NCBI GenBank assembly: GCA_015064625.1
Contig: SVRW01000002.1
Span: 47,987-111,986 of the forward strand
Reading direction: 5' to 3'
Length of the DNA stretch: 64,000 nucleotides
DNA from: Oscillospiraceae bacterium
Lineage (GTDB): Bacteria; Bacillota; Clostridia; Oscillospirales; CAG-382
Positions 55,329-64,000 of this stretch are shown one piece after another. The position numbers were made by a program, and so were the translations under genes. Position 1 is the stretch's first letter. Every line of letters begins with the position of its first letter. The notes beneath the pieces were generated by a model. The model was not told the DNA's origin. It saw only the letters and a program-made list of their open reading frames with translations, and ran no database searches.

Positions 55329-55754
55329 ATGGCAAAGAAAATCGTAGCGTACGTTAAGCTTCAGTTGCCCGCAGGCAAGGCAATGCCCGGTCCCCCTGTT
55401 GGACCTGCCCTCGGTGCACACGGTGTTGCAATTCCCTTGTTCACAAAGGAATTCAACGAAAGAACAAAGAAAGATATCGGTCTTATCATTCCTGTAGTTA
55501 TTACAATCTATGCTGACCGTACTTTCACATTCATCACAAAAACTCCCCCTGCCGCAGTTCTTATTAAGAAGGCTTGTGGACTCGAAAGCGGTTCTGGCGC
55601 TCCTAACAAGACTAAGGTTGCTCAGATCACAAAGGCTCAGGTTAAGCAGATTGCTGAACAGAAAATGCCTGACCTCAACGCAGCATCTCTTGAGACTGCT
55701 ATGAGCATGATCGCAGGTACAGCGCGTAGCATGGGCGTTGTAGTTGTAGACTAA
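55329..55754 (+). CDS. rplK: 50S ribosomal protein L11
   Basis: [29 protein letters not shown]. Confidence 0.97.
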   Translation: MAKKIVAYVKLQLPAGKAMPGPPVGPALGAHGVAIPLFTKEFNERTKKDIGLIIPVVITIYADRTFTFITKTPPAAVLIKKACGLESGSGAPNKTKVAQITKAQVKQIAEQKMPDLNAASLETAMSMIAGTARSMGVVVVD

Positions 55755-55767
55755 TGGAGGTGTTACG

Positions 55768-56466
55768 ATGAAAAAAGGAAAGAATTATATTGAAGCATCA
55801 AAGCTTGTTGACAAAACAAAGCTTTATGATGGTGATGAAGCATTTAAATTGGTTTGCGAAATCGCAAAATCCAAGTTCGACGAAACAGTAGAAGCTCACT
55901 TCCGTCTTGGCGTTGACTCCCGTCACGCTGACCAGCAGGTTAGAGGCGCTGTTGTTCTCCCCAACGGAACAGGTAAAAAAGTTAGAACTCTCGTTTTTGC
56001 TAAAGGCGATAAAGCTGAAGCAGCTGCAGCTGCAGGTTCTGATTACGTTGGCGCACAGGAACTCGTTGAAAAAATTCAGAAAGAAAACTGGTTTGATTTT
56101 GACGTTGTTATCGCAACTCCCGATATGATGGGTGTTATCGGCCGTCTTGGTAAGGTTCTCGGTCCTAAAGGACTTATGCCTAACCCCAAAGCAGGTACTG
56201 TTACAATGGACGTTGCTAAGGCTGTTCAGGAAGCTAAGGCAGGTAAAATCGAATACAGACTTGATAAAACTAACATTATTCACTGTCCTATCGGTAAGGT
56301 TTCCTTTGGCAAAGAAAAGCTTCAGGAGAACTTTGCAACGCTTCTCGGTGCTATCATCAAGGCAAAGCCCGCTGCAGCTAAGGGTCAGTATATGAAGAGC
56401 TGTGTTATCGCAACAACAATGAGCCCTGGAATCAAAATTAACACAGGTTCCTTCAAAGTTGACTAA
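55768..56466 (+). CDS. rplA: 50S ribosomal protein L1
   Basis: [36 protein letters not shown]. Confidence 0.97.
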   Translation: MKKGKNYIEASKLVDKTKLYDGDEAFKLVCEIAKSKFDETVEAHFRLGVDSRHADQQVRGAVVLPNGTGKKVRTLVFAKGDKAEAAAAAGSDYVGAQELVEKIQKENWFDFDVVIATPDMMGVIGRLGKVLGPKGLMPNPKAGTVTMDVAKAVQEAKAGKIEYRLDKTNIIHCPIGKVSFGKEKLQENFATLLGAIIKAKPAAAKGQYMKSCVIATTMSPGIKINTGSFKVD

Positions 56467-56494
56467 TAAAAGTCGATAAATCAAATATGATTTT

Positions 56495-56528
56495 AAAACC
56501 TCAGAGCATTAACTGCTTTGAGGTTTTT
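56495..56528 (+). terminator. Rho-independent terminator after rplA
   Basis: AAAACCTCAGAGC (56495-56507) pairs with GCTTTGAGGTTTT (56515-56527), with one G-U pair. Confidence 0.75.
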
Positions 56529-56671
56529 CAAAATCATATAAATAGATAAAAAAATATAAACAAAGTTTGAAACACATTGACTTTTTTTTGATGTAGTGAT
56601 ATACTTTTTGGTAGATATAGTTTAAAATAAGCTATGCTTTTTTAAAAATTATACGATTCTTGGAGGAAAAA

Positions 56672-58573
56672 ATGAGCAGAAAAGGAATTCCCGTCTTTTT
56701 GGCTACTTGTATTCTTTTTTCTATGTTTTCAGCATCTGTATTTGCTTACGGTGATATTGCTGTTGACATAGTTGGTGCATCATCAGGAACTTGCGGTGAT
56801 ACTGCTTCCTGGACATTGTCGGACGGTGGTTTGCTGACAATTTCGGGCGCAGGTGATATGACCGACTTCGAGGATGAACATGAAGTTCCATGGAAGGATT
56901 CAAAAAATAGTATTCTTAGCGTCGTTGTTCAGAGCGGTATTACACACATTGGAACATTCTCGTTCTACGGTTGTGAAAACGTTAAAACAATAACCTTTGG
57001 TAAGGATGTTGCTACCATAGGTGATAATGCGCTTTTTGCTTGTTCTTCCCTTACTGCTATAGACGTTCATGCAAGTAATGAAGTTTATAAGTCAGCATCA
57101 GGTGTTCTTTATTCAAAGGACGGAAAAACATTGGTAAGCTGTCCCAACGGAAAAAGTGGCGAATTTATAGTTGGAGACGCTGTTGAAACAATTGGCGACC
57201 ATGCTTTTTACGGATGTACAAAGATTACGAAAATTGATACCAAAAATGCTTCCACTATCGAAAGAGGTGCATTTTCTGCTTGCCAGATTCTTTCAACCAT
57301 TATTATAGGTAAAAACGTTACGTCTATTGGAGATAGTGTTTTTGCAAACTGTGTTTCTTTGAAAGGTATTGACGTAAACGCACAAAACAGCACGTTCAAA
57401 TCTATCGATGGAATCGTTTATTCTAAAGACGAAAAAACTCTCGTTTGTTGCCCTTATGGAAAGGGTGGAGATATTGTTATATCTGCTACAACGGAAAACA
57501 TTGAAAGATATGCTTTTTACAAATGTAATCTTATAACATCCGTTGTTATCCCTGATAACGTTAAATCTATCGGTGAATACGCATTCGGCTCTTGTGAAGG
57601 ATTGACATCCGTTAAAATCGGAAAAGGTATAACAACTATTCCCAAAGAAGCATTTTCTCATTGTATCGTTCTTACGGACGTTACAATAGGTGAAAACGTT
57701 GAAGTTGTTGGTGACTACGCTTTCCATAGCTGTGAAGGTCTCAAAAAGATTGTGATTCCCAATTCTGTTACAAAAATTGGTCAATCTGCCTTCCAGAGAT
57801 GCTACAAGCTCAGAGAGGTTGTTTTTGGAAAGAATGTAAAAGATATCGCAAGATACGCTTTCTGCCAATGTAACCAGCTTTTATCTGTAAAAATCCCTGA
57901 ATCAGTAACGAATATAGGCTTCAGAGCTTTAGGATATACCGTTAAAGGATCTGCTTATACTTATTACGTTGTAGAAGGCTTTAAAATATACGGTGTAGAA
58001 GGCAGTGCGGCACAAACATATGCTACGAAACACAAATTTGCGTTTTCGGCATTCGTTCCCGAACCTGATCCAGAACCTACTCCTGATCCAGAACCTACTC
58101 CTGATCCAGAACCTACTCCTGATCCAGAACCTACTCCTGATCCTAAACCCGATATCACTACTCTTCCTGAACACGATTTTTATTTGAATACATCAGATGG
58201 TACAATGCCTAACGTTGTTGCAAAAACAACTGTCTCACAGCTTATTTCAGGACTTGCAGAGTTTAATGTAACTGTTCAGGTTAAAGATACAAACGGAAAT
58301 GTAATACCTGCTGATAAGTATGTTACAACAGGAAGTACTGTTATCGATTCTAACGGAAAAAAATATACAGTTATTATATGTGGTGACGTAGACGGTTCAG
58401 GTGTTGTTGATGCAACTGACTACTTGCAGGTGAAGAAGTTTTTCCTTAAAGAACTTACTCTTGAAGGAATATACTTCAAATCTGCTGATGCAAACAACGA
58501 CGGTGTAATAAACGGCACTGACTATCTCAGAATCAAGAACTATTTCCTTGGAACTCTCGACCTTTACGCATGA
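56672..58573 (+). CDS. Secreted BspA-type leucine-rich-repeat protein with a Pro/Glu/Thr linker and C-terminal dockerin
   Basis: Signal peptide. Repeated IGDxAFxxCxxL LRR_5 units. PDPEPT x4 linker. Dockerin duplicated Ca-binding loops GDVDGSGVVDATDYLQVKK and DANNDGVINGTDYLRIKN. Confidence 0.85.
   Translation: MSRKGIPVFLATCILFSMFSASVFAYGDIAVDIVGASSGTCGDTASWTLSDGGLLTISGAGDMTDFEDEHEVPWKDSKNSILSVVVQSGITHIGTFSFYGCENVKTITFGKDVATIGDNALFACSSLTAIDVHASNEVYKSASGVLYSKDGKTLVSCPNGKSGEFIVGDAVETIGDHAFYGCTKITKIDTKNASTIERGAFSACQILSTIIIGKNVTSIGDSVFANCVSLKGIDVNAQNSTFKSIDGIVYSKDEKTLVCCPYGKGGDIVISATTENIERYAFYKCNLITSVVIPDNVKSIGEYAFGSCEGLTSVKIGKGITTIPKEAFSHCIVLTDVTIGENVEVVGDYAFHSCEGLKKIVIPNSVTKIGQSAFQRCYKLREVVFGKNVKDIARYAFCQCNQLLSVKIPESVTNIGFRALGYTVKGSAYTYYVVEGFKIYGVEGSAAQTYATKHKFAFSAFVPEPDPEPTPDPEPTPDPEPTPDPEPTPDPKPDITTLPEHDFYLNTSDGTMPNVVAKTTVSQLISGLAEFNVTVQVKDTNGNVIPADKYVTTGSTVIDSNGKKYTVIICGDVDGSGVVDATDYLQVKKFFLKELTLEGIYFKSADANNDGVINGTDYLRIKNYFLGTLDLYA
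58064..58135 (+). repeat. Perfect 18-bp tandem repeat x4 (plus a diverged fifth unit) encoding PDPEPT
   Basis: CCTGATCCAGAACCTACT repeated without any substitution. Confidence 0.95.
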
Positions 58574-58652
58574 GATAAAACTAACGCACTTTTAATAAAC
58601 TACATTATTGCGGTTGTATAATGTAAAAGCGTATAAATAGCCAAATAATACG

Positions 58653-58692
58653 AAATAGCTATTCTTCAAAATAATGGAGAATAGCTATTTTT
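58653..58692. terminator. 13-bp perfect-stem hairpin between convergent genes
   Basis: AAATAGCTATTCT (58653-58665) pairs with AGAATAGCTATTT (58678-58690), followed by T's. Confidence 0.7.
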
Positions 58693-58716
58693 AGTAGTGT
58701 TTTGATTCTTTTTGTT

Positions 58717-58992
58717 CTATTTATCTTTTTTTATTGTAGTATCTGGAAAAACAGATAATTTCAATAGATCGGATGGATCAATTTCAAGAGCATCTGCTAT
58801 ATTGAAAAAAACTTGCAACGAAAAACTATGTGCCATATTCGGTGCTTCAATAGCACTTAATAAAGAGCGACTTATTCCTGCTTCTTCGGATAATTTATCC
58901 TGAGACATTCCTCTTATTCTTCTTAATGTGGATATTGCAATGCCCAGCTGTATAAAACGGTCTCGATTTTTAAACTCTACATCTTTACTCAT
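58717..58992 (-). CDS. XRE-family HTH transcriptional regulator
   Basis: LGIAISTLRRIRGMSQDKLSEEAGISRSLLSAIE helix-turn-helix. 91 aa. Confidence 0.75.
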   Translation of the reverse strand: MSKDVEFKNRDRFIQLGIAISTLRRIRGMSQDKLSEEAGISRSLLSAIEAPNMAHSFSLQVFFNIADALEIDPSDLLKLSVFPDTTIKKDK

Positions 58993-59159
58993 GTTTAACT
59001 ACCTTTTGCAGAATTTTAGTAAATAATAGTATATCTACACATAAGTATATCCCATTTGTTAAATTTAATCAGTATATATTAGAAAGCAATTGACTAAAAT
59101 AGAATGCAATAGTATAATATTATAAACTTTTGCTAACAAAAAAGATGGGATGTGGATTT

Positions 59160-59615
59160 ATGAGATATTATACTATTAGTTTATTTGGGCACAGAGAAAT
59201 TTATGAACATGATTTAATCGAGGAAAGGTTAAAAGAGATATTAAGAGAAAAGATAGCAAACTATGATTTTATTGAAATACTGATGGGCAGAAACGGGGAA
59301 TTTGATGAATATGCAGCCTCTATAATCAAAAGAATACAAAAGGAAGCATATGGAGAGAAAATAGAATTGACGCTCGTATTGCCATATGAAATTGCTAACA
59401 TGGAAGATCTTGAAAAATATTATGATAGAATCATTATCCCAGAGGAATTTAATAAAATTCATCCCAAGGCGGCGATAGGTTTAAGGAATAAATATATGGT
59501 GGATCATTCAGATATTGTTGTAGTATATGTAAACCAGAGCGGTGGGGCATATAATGCATTAAAGTATGCCCGAAAATCCTTAAAAGAAACGGTAAATATA
59601 GCTGATATATTATAA
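59160..59615 (+). CDS. SLOG-fold protein, YpsA/DUF1273-like
   Basis: The N-terminus MRYYTISLFGHRE, then ILMGRNGEFD and VVYVNQSGGAYNALKYA, match the DUF1273 layout. The ORF opens earlier, at 59130. Confidence 0.55.
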   Translation: MRYYTISLFGHREIYEHDLIEERLKEILREKIANYDFIEILMGRNGEFDEYAASIIKRIQKEAYGEKIELTLVLPYEIANMEDLEKYYDRIIIPEEFNKIHPKAAIGLRNKYMVDHSDIVVVYVNQSGGAYNALKYARKSLKETVNIADIL

Positions 59616-59620
59616 ACAAA

Positions 59621-59657
59621 ACAACTGCGCTGATTGTTCAGGCGCAGTTGTTTTTTA
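59621..59657. terminator. Bidirectional terminator between the SLOG gene and the transglutaminase gene
   Basis: ACAACTGCGC (59621-59630) pairs with GCGCAGTTGT (59642-59651). An A-run precedes it and a T-run follows. Confidence 0.75.
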
Positions 59658-60992
59658 CTAAAATCCTTTAAGCATGAGATGCTTTATAGAAATATAATCT
59701 GTTGCATCTATTGTGGAATCGTGGTTATAGTCTGCCGCTTCTGTAAAAAGTTTGTCGAAATGGAAGAGTCCCAAAAATGCGGATTTAATTCGTAGATAGT
59801 CTGTAGCGGATATATCGCCGTCACCGTCTGTATCACCCGAAACGTAAGCCCAATATATGCTGTGAAGCTCTGAATTGATTATATCTCCCGTTCCAATATA
59901 GCCGATTGATTTAACGATTCCGTCTTTATCAGTTATAAATGCACTTTCATCGTCAAGCAAGGCTTTGACGTTTTCCACTTCTGTTTTAGGCGGGCATTGA
60001 TAGAGATTCACTGCTTCAATATGGAAAACTGAACTTGAAGTATGTTCTCCGTCAGTTGCGTCGACCAATACGGAGTATTCTCCCGAATCGTTGAGGGATA
60101 TGTTGATTTCCTCGCTTTTTAAATTCGTTCCTAAACAGTTACCTTTTCTAATTTCCGTTTCAGTGTCATAACGTCCACTTATAATGTAAACGCTGTACGT
60201 TATGCCGTTTTGTGCTTGAGAAATGTCGGGGAGCAAAGTCACTGCACCACCTGAATAAACGTAAATTGTGTTTCCGTCTGAAATTCCATTAAGCAAAGGG
60301 GCGTGTACTCCTTCGATTTGGAATCCTCCAAATTCTGCCATGTCTTCCACTCGGTTGAAGCCCTTTATTTTTCCTGAAAGCTGGGAATCGGTTTTGCAGA
60401 AACGGTATGTTCCCACAACTTTGTTGGCGGTTCTGTTTGTGATATTATCTTCAACCTGCGGATCAAAATTATACCATACATCGTTTATAAGTACGCTTAC
60501 CCAAGTGTGACCCGTCCATCCGCCACTTACGGTACTTGTCTTTCCCGTCACTGTGTATGCTTCCAATCCTATGGCACGGAGCATTATCATAAAAAGGGAC
60601 GAATAATAAGTACAAGCTCCAAGCTTTAAATCAAGAATTCTTAATGCTCTGAAAACCTCGTATGCATCATCGGTAGATTTATATGGAACAACGTTCAGAA
60701 TAGGGTAGATATCCTTGTTTATGTGGATAAGATAGGAATTATCGTATTCAAAGGTTTCCACCATGTATTTATATAAATACCAGACCTTATCGTATGTACT
60801 CATTCCCGCCGTGAAGCCTTTGGCAAAAATTTCTTCAATTTGCTGATCAAGGGATTTATATCCCGTTTTTATGGGATTAAGCTCTGAGGAGTTGATAATT
60901 TCCTCTGCGGTTAGAGCTTTTACCTCGTTTTTCGGAAAGGTGGAAAGAGAAATGACGATAGCAAGAGTAAAAAATAAAATTTTCTTAAACAT
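59658..60992 (-). CDS. Secreted transglutaminase-like cysteine protease-fold protein with C-terminal dockerin
   Basis: Signal peptide MFKKILFFTLAIVISL. The Cys-His-Asp core is LGACTYYSSLFMIMLRAIGLEAY...GHTWVSVLINDVWYNFDP. The dockerin loops are GDTDGDGDISATDYLRIK and DYNHDSTIDATDYISIK. Confidence 0.8.
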   Translation of the reverse strand: MFKKILFFTLAIVISLSTFPKNEVKALTAEEIINSSELNPIKTGYKSLDQQIEEIFAKGFTAGMSTYDKVWYLYKYMVETFEYDNSYLIHINKDIYPILNVVPYKSTDDAYEVFRALRILDLKLGACTYYSSLFMIMLRAIGLEAYTVTGKTSTVSGGWTGHTWVSVLINDVWYNFDPQVEDNITNRTANKVVGTYRFCKTDSQLSGKIKGFNRVEDMAEFGGFQIEGVHAPLLNGISDGNTIYVYSGGAVTLLPDISQAQNGITYSVYIISGRYDTETEIRKGNCLGTNLKSEEINISLNDSGEYSVLVDATDGEHTSSSVFHIEAVNLYQCPPKTEVENVKALLDDESAFITDKDGIVKSIGYIGTGDIINSELHSIYWAYVSGDTDGDGDISATDYLRIKSAFLGLFHFDKLFTEAADYNHDSTIDATDYISIKHLMLKGF

Positions 60993-61812
60993 ATCTTTCA
61001 TTGTAAAACAAAAACTGTTGAGCAATTCCTGCGTATTTGCCGAAGTATTCAGGAGTGAAGCCTTCACCATAATATTTTGATACAACCCTCTTTATCCAGA
61101 CATCAACAGGGAATGCTTCTGTGAATCCAAGCCCGAAAAGCAATGCACAATCAGCGACCTTTGGGCCGACGCCTTTTATTTTCATGAGTTGTTTTTTTGC
61201 CGTTTCATAATCAGATTTTCTGAGAGAATCAAAGTCCGTCTCACCGTTTACAACTGATTCTGCGGCACTTATGATATATTTTGCACGAAAGCCGCTTTTT
61301 ATTGGAGCAAGTCCATCAACGCCAAGGGAGTAAACCGCTTGTGCAGTTGGAAACGCTTTCATATTGCATCCATCAACTTTTTCACCGCATAATTCGCATA
61401 ATGCGGATACTATTTTCTTTATCCTTGGAATGTTGTTGTTCTGGGAAATTATGAAGGAACAAAGAGCTTCCCAAGGCTCTTGATTCAAAACCCTTATTCC
61501 AATGGAACGAGAAAGGGAATCCTTTACCGTTTTATCAAAAACAAGAGATGAAATGATTTCTTCGTAGTTCATATCAAAGGCAAAAAAAGATATAAACTTG
61601 TCTTTAAACTCATTTTCCGACATATTGGGTATGAAAATATCACCATTTTCCAAGGATTCAAATCTTAAGTATTTGCCAAATGCAACACCGTGAAAAACGT
61701 TGTTTTCATCCTTGTCAAATCTGAAGCATTGACCGCAATCAAGAGTTCGCTCCACATCAAAAAATGGAGAATGGCGGATGATAACTCCGCCGTCTTTAAA
61801 TATGTAATCCAT
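60985..61812 (-). CDS. ogg: 8-oxoguanine DNA glycosylase / HhH-GPD family (Ogg-like)
   Basis: OGG_N motif TLDCGQCFRF. HhH-GPD motif IKGVGPKVADCALLFGLGFTEAFPVDVWIKR. Confidence 0.8.
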   Translation of the reverse strand: MDYIFKDGGVIIRHSPFFDVERTLDCGQCFRFDKDENNVFHGVAFGKYLRFESLENGDIFIPNMSENEFKDKFISFFAFDMNYEEIISSLVFDKTVKDSLSRSIGIRVLNQEPWEALCSFIISQNNNIPRIKKIVSALCELCGEKVDGCNMKAFPTAQAVYSLGVDGLAPIKSGFRAKYIISAAESVVNGETDFDSLRKSDYETAKKQLMKIKGVGPKVADCALLFGLGFTEAFPVDVWIKRVVSKYYGEGFTPEYFGKYAGIAQQFLFYNERYV

Positions 61813-61915
61813 AACAACACAGCAGAATGTCAGTCTGCATTCTCCTTAATTTGTAATTATTTATATTGAACCTTATTCGAGATTATGAAAGGTATTCTGT
61901 CATAAAGGTAGCCTT

Positions 61916-62620
61916 TTATTTTTTTGTTTTTATTCTGTAGTCTTCAGAAGTAAGCAAGGCAATTATGCGCTCGATAGAATCCTTTGAATTACCCCAGGGC
62001 AAATCGTCAAATCTGTAATCAAACTTTTTTATAAACAGACTAACGTCCTCGTATAAAGAGTCCATAGATGAAAAAAGGATTGACTGTGCCGTTTTTTCAA
62101 GCTCTGCTTTCATATCCTTGTTTATGCTTTTGGATGCTTCCAAAAGACGTTTATAGTGTGGAAGGCAGAAGGTTTTCTGCTTTTCAAACTTATTTCTGAA
62201 ATCCTTTTCTTCCTCGTAAAGATAAACCGCGGTCAAAAACATAGCTGAAAGATTATTTTCTATTCTATCGCATATATAACAGCTTTCTTCAAGCCTTGAG
62301 ATGTTTTTTACGGGTCTTGCAGAATGGTCGCGGGACAAAAAACCACCTTGCTTCACATCTTTTTTTACTTCTTCAAGATGACTCTGAAGCATAAGAGCAA
62401 TTCCCAATCTGTTTTTGCGTGGAAGCATTTTACCGAAATGATAGGTGCAGAACCCTTTTTTGTTTGTTTCGATTCTGACGTCGGGCTCCATCATTGAAGC
62501 ACCAAGAATCAAATCAAGCTCGTTTTCCTCGAGCTTTCTGTATAGAGAACAGAAAGGGCAATCGTCCCCCGAATTATCAAAGGCTTCATTAACGGGGATT
62601 GTATAAATATGTTCTCTCAT
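61916..62620 (-). CDS. Hypothetical Cys-rich protein
   Basis: CPFC, FCTYH, CYIC and FCLPH motifs. It starts 2 nt after the icd stop. No family confidently recognised. Confidence 0.5.
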   Translation of the reverse strand: MREHIYTIPVNEAFDNSGDDCPFCSLYRKLEENELDLILGASMMEPDVRIETNKKGFCTYHFGKMLPRKNRLGIALMLQSHLEEVKKDVKQGGFLSRDHSARPVKNISRLEESCYICDRIENNLSAMFLTAVYLYEEEKDFRNKFEKQKTFCLPHYKRLLEASKSINKDMKAELEKTAQSILFSSMDSLYEDVSLFIKKFDYRFDDLPWGNSKDSIERIIALLTSEDYRIKTKK

Positions 62621-62622
62621 AA

Positions 62623-63771
62623 TTAAAGCTTCTCTATAATTTTAGCACCAAATTCAACGTTTGTTGCACCGTCTTCTCTGCCGGTCATTTTAACTTCACT
62701 CATGCATTCATCAATTGCTTTATCGAGCTTTGAGGCTTTATCCTGCATACCGATATGATTGAGAAGCATAACAACAGCTCTGAGCATTGAGCATGGGTCG
62801 GCGTAAATAGCTCTGCCCTCTGTAACCATTCTTGGAGCTGAACCGTGAATAGCCTCAAACATGGCGTAACGCTTACCAATATTTGCGCTTCCTGCTGTAC
62901 CGACACCGCCTTGAAGCTCTGCCGCTTCATCTGTAATGATGTCACCGTAAAGGTTAGGAAGAATAACTACCTTAAAATCTCTTCTGCGTTTTTCGTCAAC
63001 CAGCTTTGCGGTCATTATATCGATATACCAATCATCTACAGTTATATCGGGATATTCTTCGGCAACTGCCTTACAGATTTTCAAGAATTTTCCGTCAGTA
63101 GTTTTGATAACGTTTGCCTTTGTAACTATGGTTACACGGTCATAACCGTTGTTTTTTGCGTATTCAAAAGCAAGTCTTGCAATACGCTCTGTTCCTTCTG
63201 TTGTTGTAACGGTGAAGTCGAGGGAAAGGTCATCGCTTACGTGGATTCCCTTGCTTCCCACAGCGTATGCTCCCTCTGTATTTTCTCTGAAGAATGTCCA
63301 GTCTATTCCTTCAGCAGGAATTTTTACAGGACGGAGGTTTGCAAAAAGGTCAAGAGCCTTTCTCATTGCAACGTTTGCACTTTCAATGTTAGGCCAGGGG
63401 TCACCAGCTCTGGGAGTGGTTGTAGGGCCTTTGAGAATAACGTGGCAGGCTTTGAGTTCTTCCATAACGTCATCGGGAATGGCTTTGTTCGCCGCCGCTC
63501 TGTTTTCAATGGTAAGTCCGTCTATGTTTCTTATCTCAACTTTTCCGCTTTTTATTTCGCTTTCAAGCATATGCTCCAAAACGGTCTTTGCAACTGCGGA
63601 AATATAGGGACCGATTCCGTCCCCGCCACAAACGCCTATGATTATTTTATCGAGTTTTTTGAAATCAACGAAATCTTTCGTTTTTTTGATGTTTTCTGCT
63701 CTGTCGAGCTGTTCGTTCAGCAATGCTTGAAATTTTGCTGTTGCTTCGTTTATGTACGTGTTTCTATCCAT
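62623..63771 (-). CDS. Isocitrate/isopropylmalate dehydrogenase family protein (probable NAD-dependent isocitrate dehydrogenase)
   Basis: NLYGDIITDEAAELQGGVGTAGSANIG signature and FRENTEG motif. Confidence 0.8.
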   Translation of the reverse strand: MDRNTYINEATAKFQALLNEQLDRAENIKKTKDFVDFKKLDKIIIGVCGGDGIGPYISAVAKTVLEHMLESEIKSGKVEIRNIDGLTIENRAAANKAIPDDVMEELKACHVILKGPTTTPRAGDPWPNIESANVAMRKALDLFANLRPVKIPAEGIDWTFFRENTEGAYAVGSKGIHVSDDLSLDFTVTTTEGTERIARLAFEYAKNNGYDRVTIVTKANVIKTTDGKFLKICKAVAEEYPDITVDDWYIDIMTAKLVDEKRRRDFKVVILPNLYGDIITDEAAELQGGVGTAGSANIGKRYAMFEAIHGSAPRMVTEGRAIYADPCSMLRAVVMLLNHIGMQDKASKLDKAIDECMSEVKMTGREDGATNVEFGAKIIEKL

Positions 63772-63786
63772 TTTTTTCCTCTTTCT

Positions 63787-64000
63787 TTACGCTTTTTTAA
63801 GCGGATTTATTCTTGCTGTTGCATATGCATTCAAAGTAAGTGCTTTTTTTTCGTCTAAAATTGGCTCATAGAAGCCTTGTGCTGCTATCATCGCCGCATT
63901 GTCTCCACAAAGGGAAAGGGGAGGCTGATAAAGCACAGCACCATATTTTTCCGTAGTTTCTTTGAGAGCTTTCCTCAAATGAGAGTTTGCCGCAACGCCA
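63787..64000 (-). CDS. tsaD: tRNA N6-adenosine threonylcarbamoyltransferase TsaD, C-terminal part (runs off the window)
   Basis: GVAANSHLRKAL...PPLSLCGDNAAMIAAQG is the conserved TsaD C-terminus. The frame is open to the window end. Confidence 0.85.
   Translation of the reverse strand, partial: GVAANSHLRKALKETTEKYGAVLYQPPLSLCGDNAAMIAAQGFYEPILDEKKALTLNAYATARINPLKKA

Noticed and set aside
55798-56484. 228-aa minus-strand ORF
   Set aside because: It lies antisense to rplA and shares the third-position periodicity artefact of a highly expressed gene.
62845-63858. 337-aa plus-strand ORF
   Set aside because: It lies antisense to the well-supported isocitrate dehydrogenase-family gene, and its Cys/Phe-rich translation looks nonsensical.
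1-64000. CRISPR arrays, rRNA genes, transposases or IS elements
   Set aside because: I found no regularly spaced direct repeats with unique spacers, no rRNA-like sequence and no transposase-like ORF. The only short tandem repeats are the coding PDPEPT repeat and the island duplications.

Overview
Low-GC Firmicute (Clostridia) chromosome. Dockerin-bearing surface proteins and cotJ spore-coat genes suggest a spore-forming Ruminococcus-like organism, but that is a guess. Most of the window is housekeeping: a type IV pilin/pseudopilin cluster (1-6.7 kb), mutL-mutS, nagB, an Lrp-aminotransferase-proC block, two adjacent U32 genes, yhbY, a CUT1 sugar ABC transporter (39.2-44.1 kb), tadA, metG, tatD, rpmG-secE-nusG-rplK-rplA, ogg, icd and tsaD. 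One tRNA-Gln(CUG) is present and there is no CRISPR array. The main finding is that the spore-coat Mn-catalase gene cotJC, last gene of cotJA-cotJB-cotJC on the minus strand, is split after codon ~34 by an 8.6-kb phage-derived element (about 27148-35753). The element has a large serine recombinase next to one junction, a 14-bp direct-repeat core and 19-bp inverted arms. It also keeps a CI/Cro-type switch and a holin-amidase cassette, and carries a nuclease and a DUF4160/DUF2442 pair, but has no virion or packaging genes. Joining the two cores restores an in-frame 205-aa CotJC, so this looks like a skin/SPbeta-type intervening element that may be excised during sporulation. The second accessory region is an AT-rich 4.6-kb island (44.1-48.7 kb) bracketed by ~100-bp direct repeats that duplicate the 3' end and terminator of the ABC ATPase gene. 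It encodes a secreted Gly-rich protein (possibly a beta-pore-forming toxin), a membrane protein frameshifted at an A8 tract, and a fused ABC-ATPase/FtsX permease, with no integrase. Smaller observations are listed under findings.
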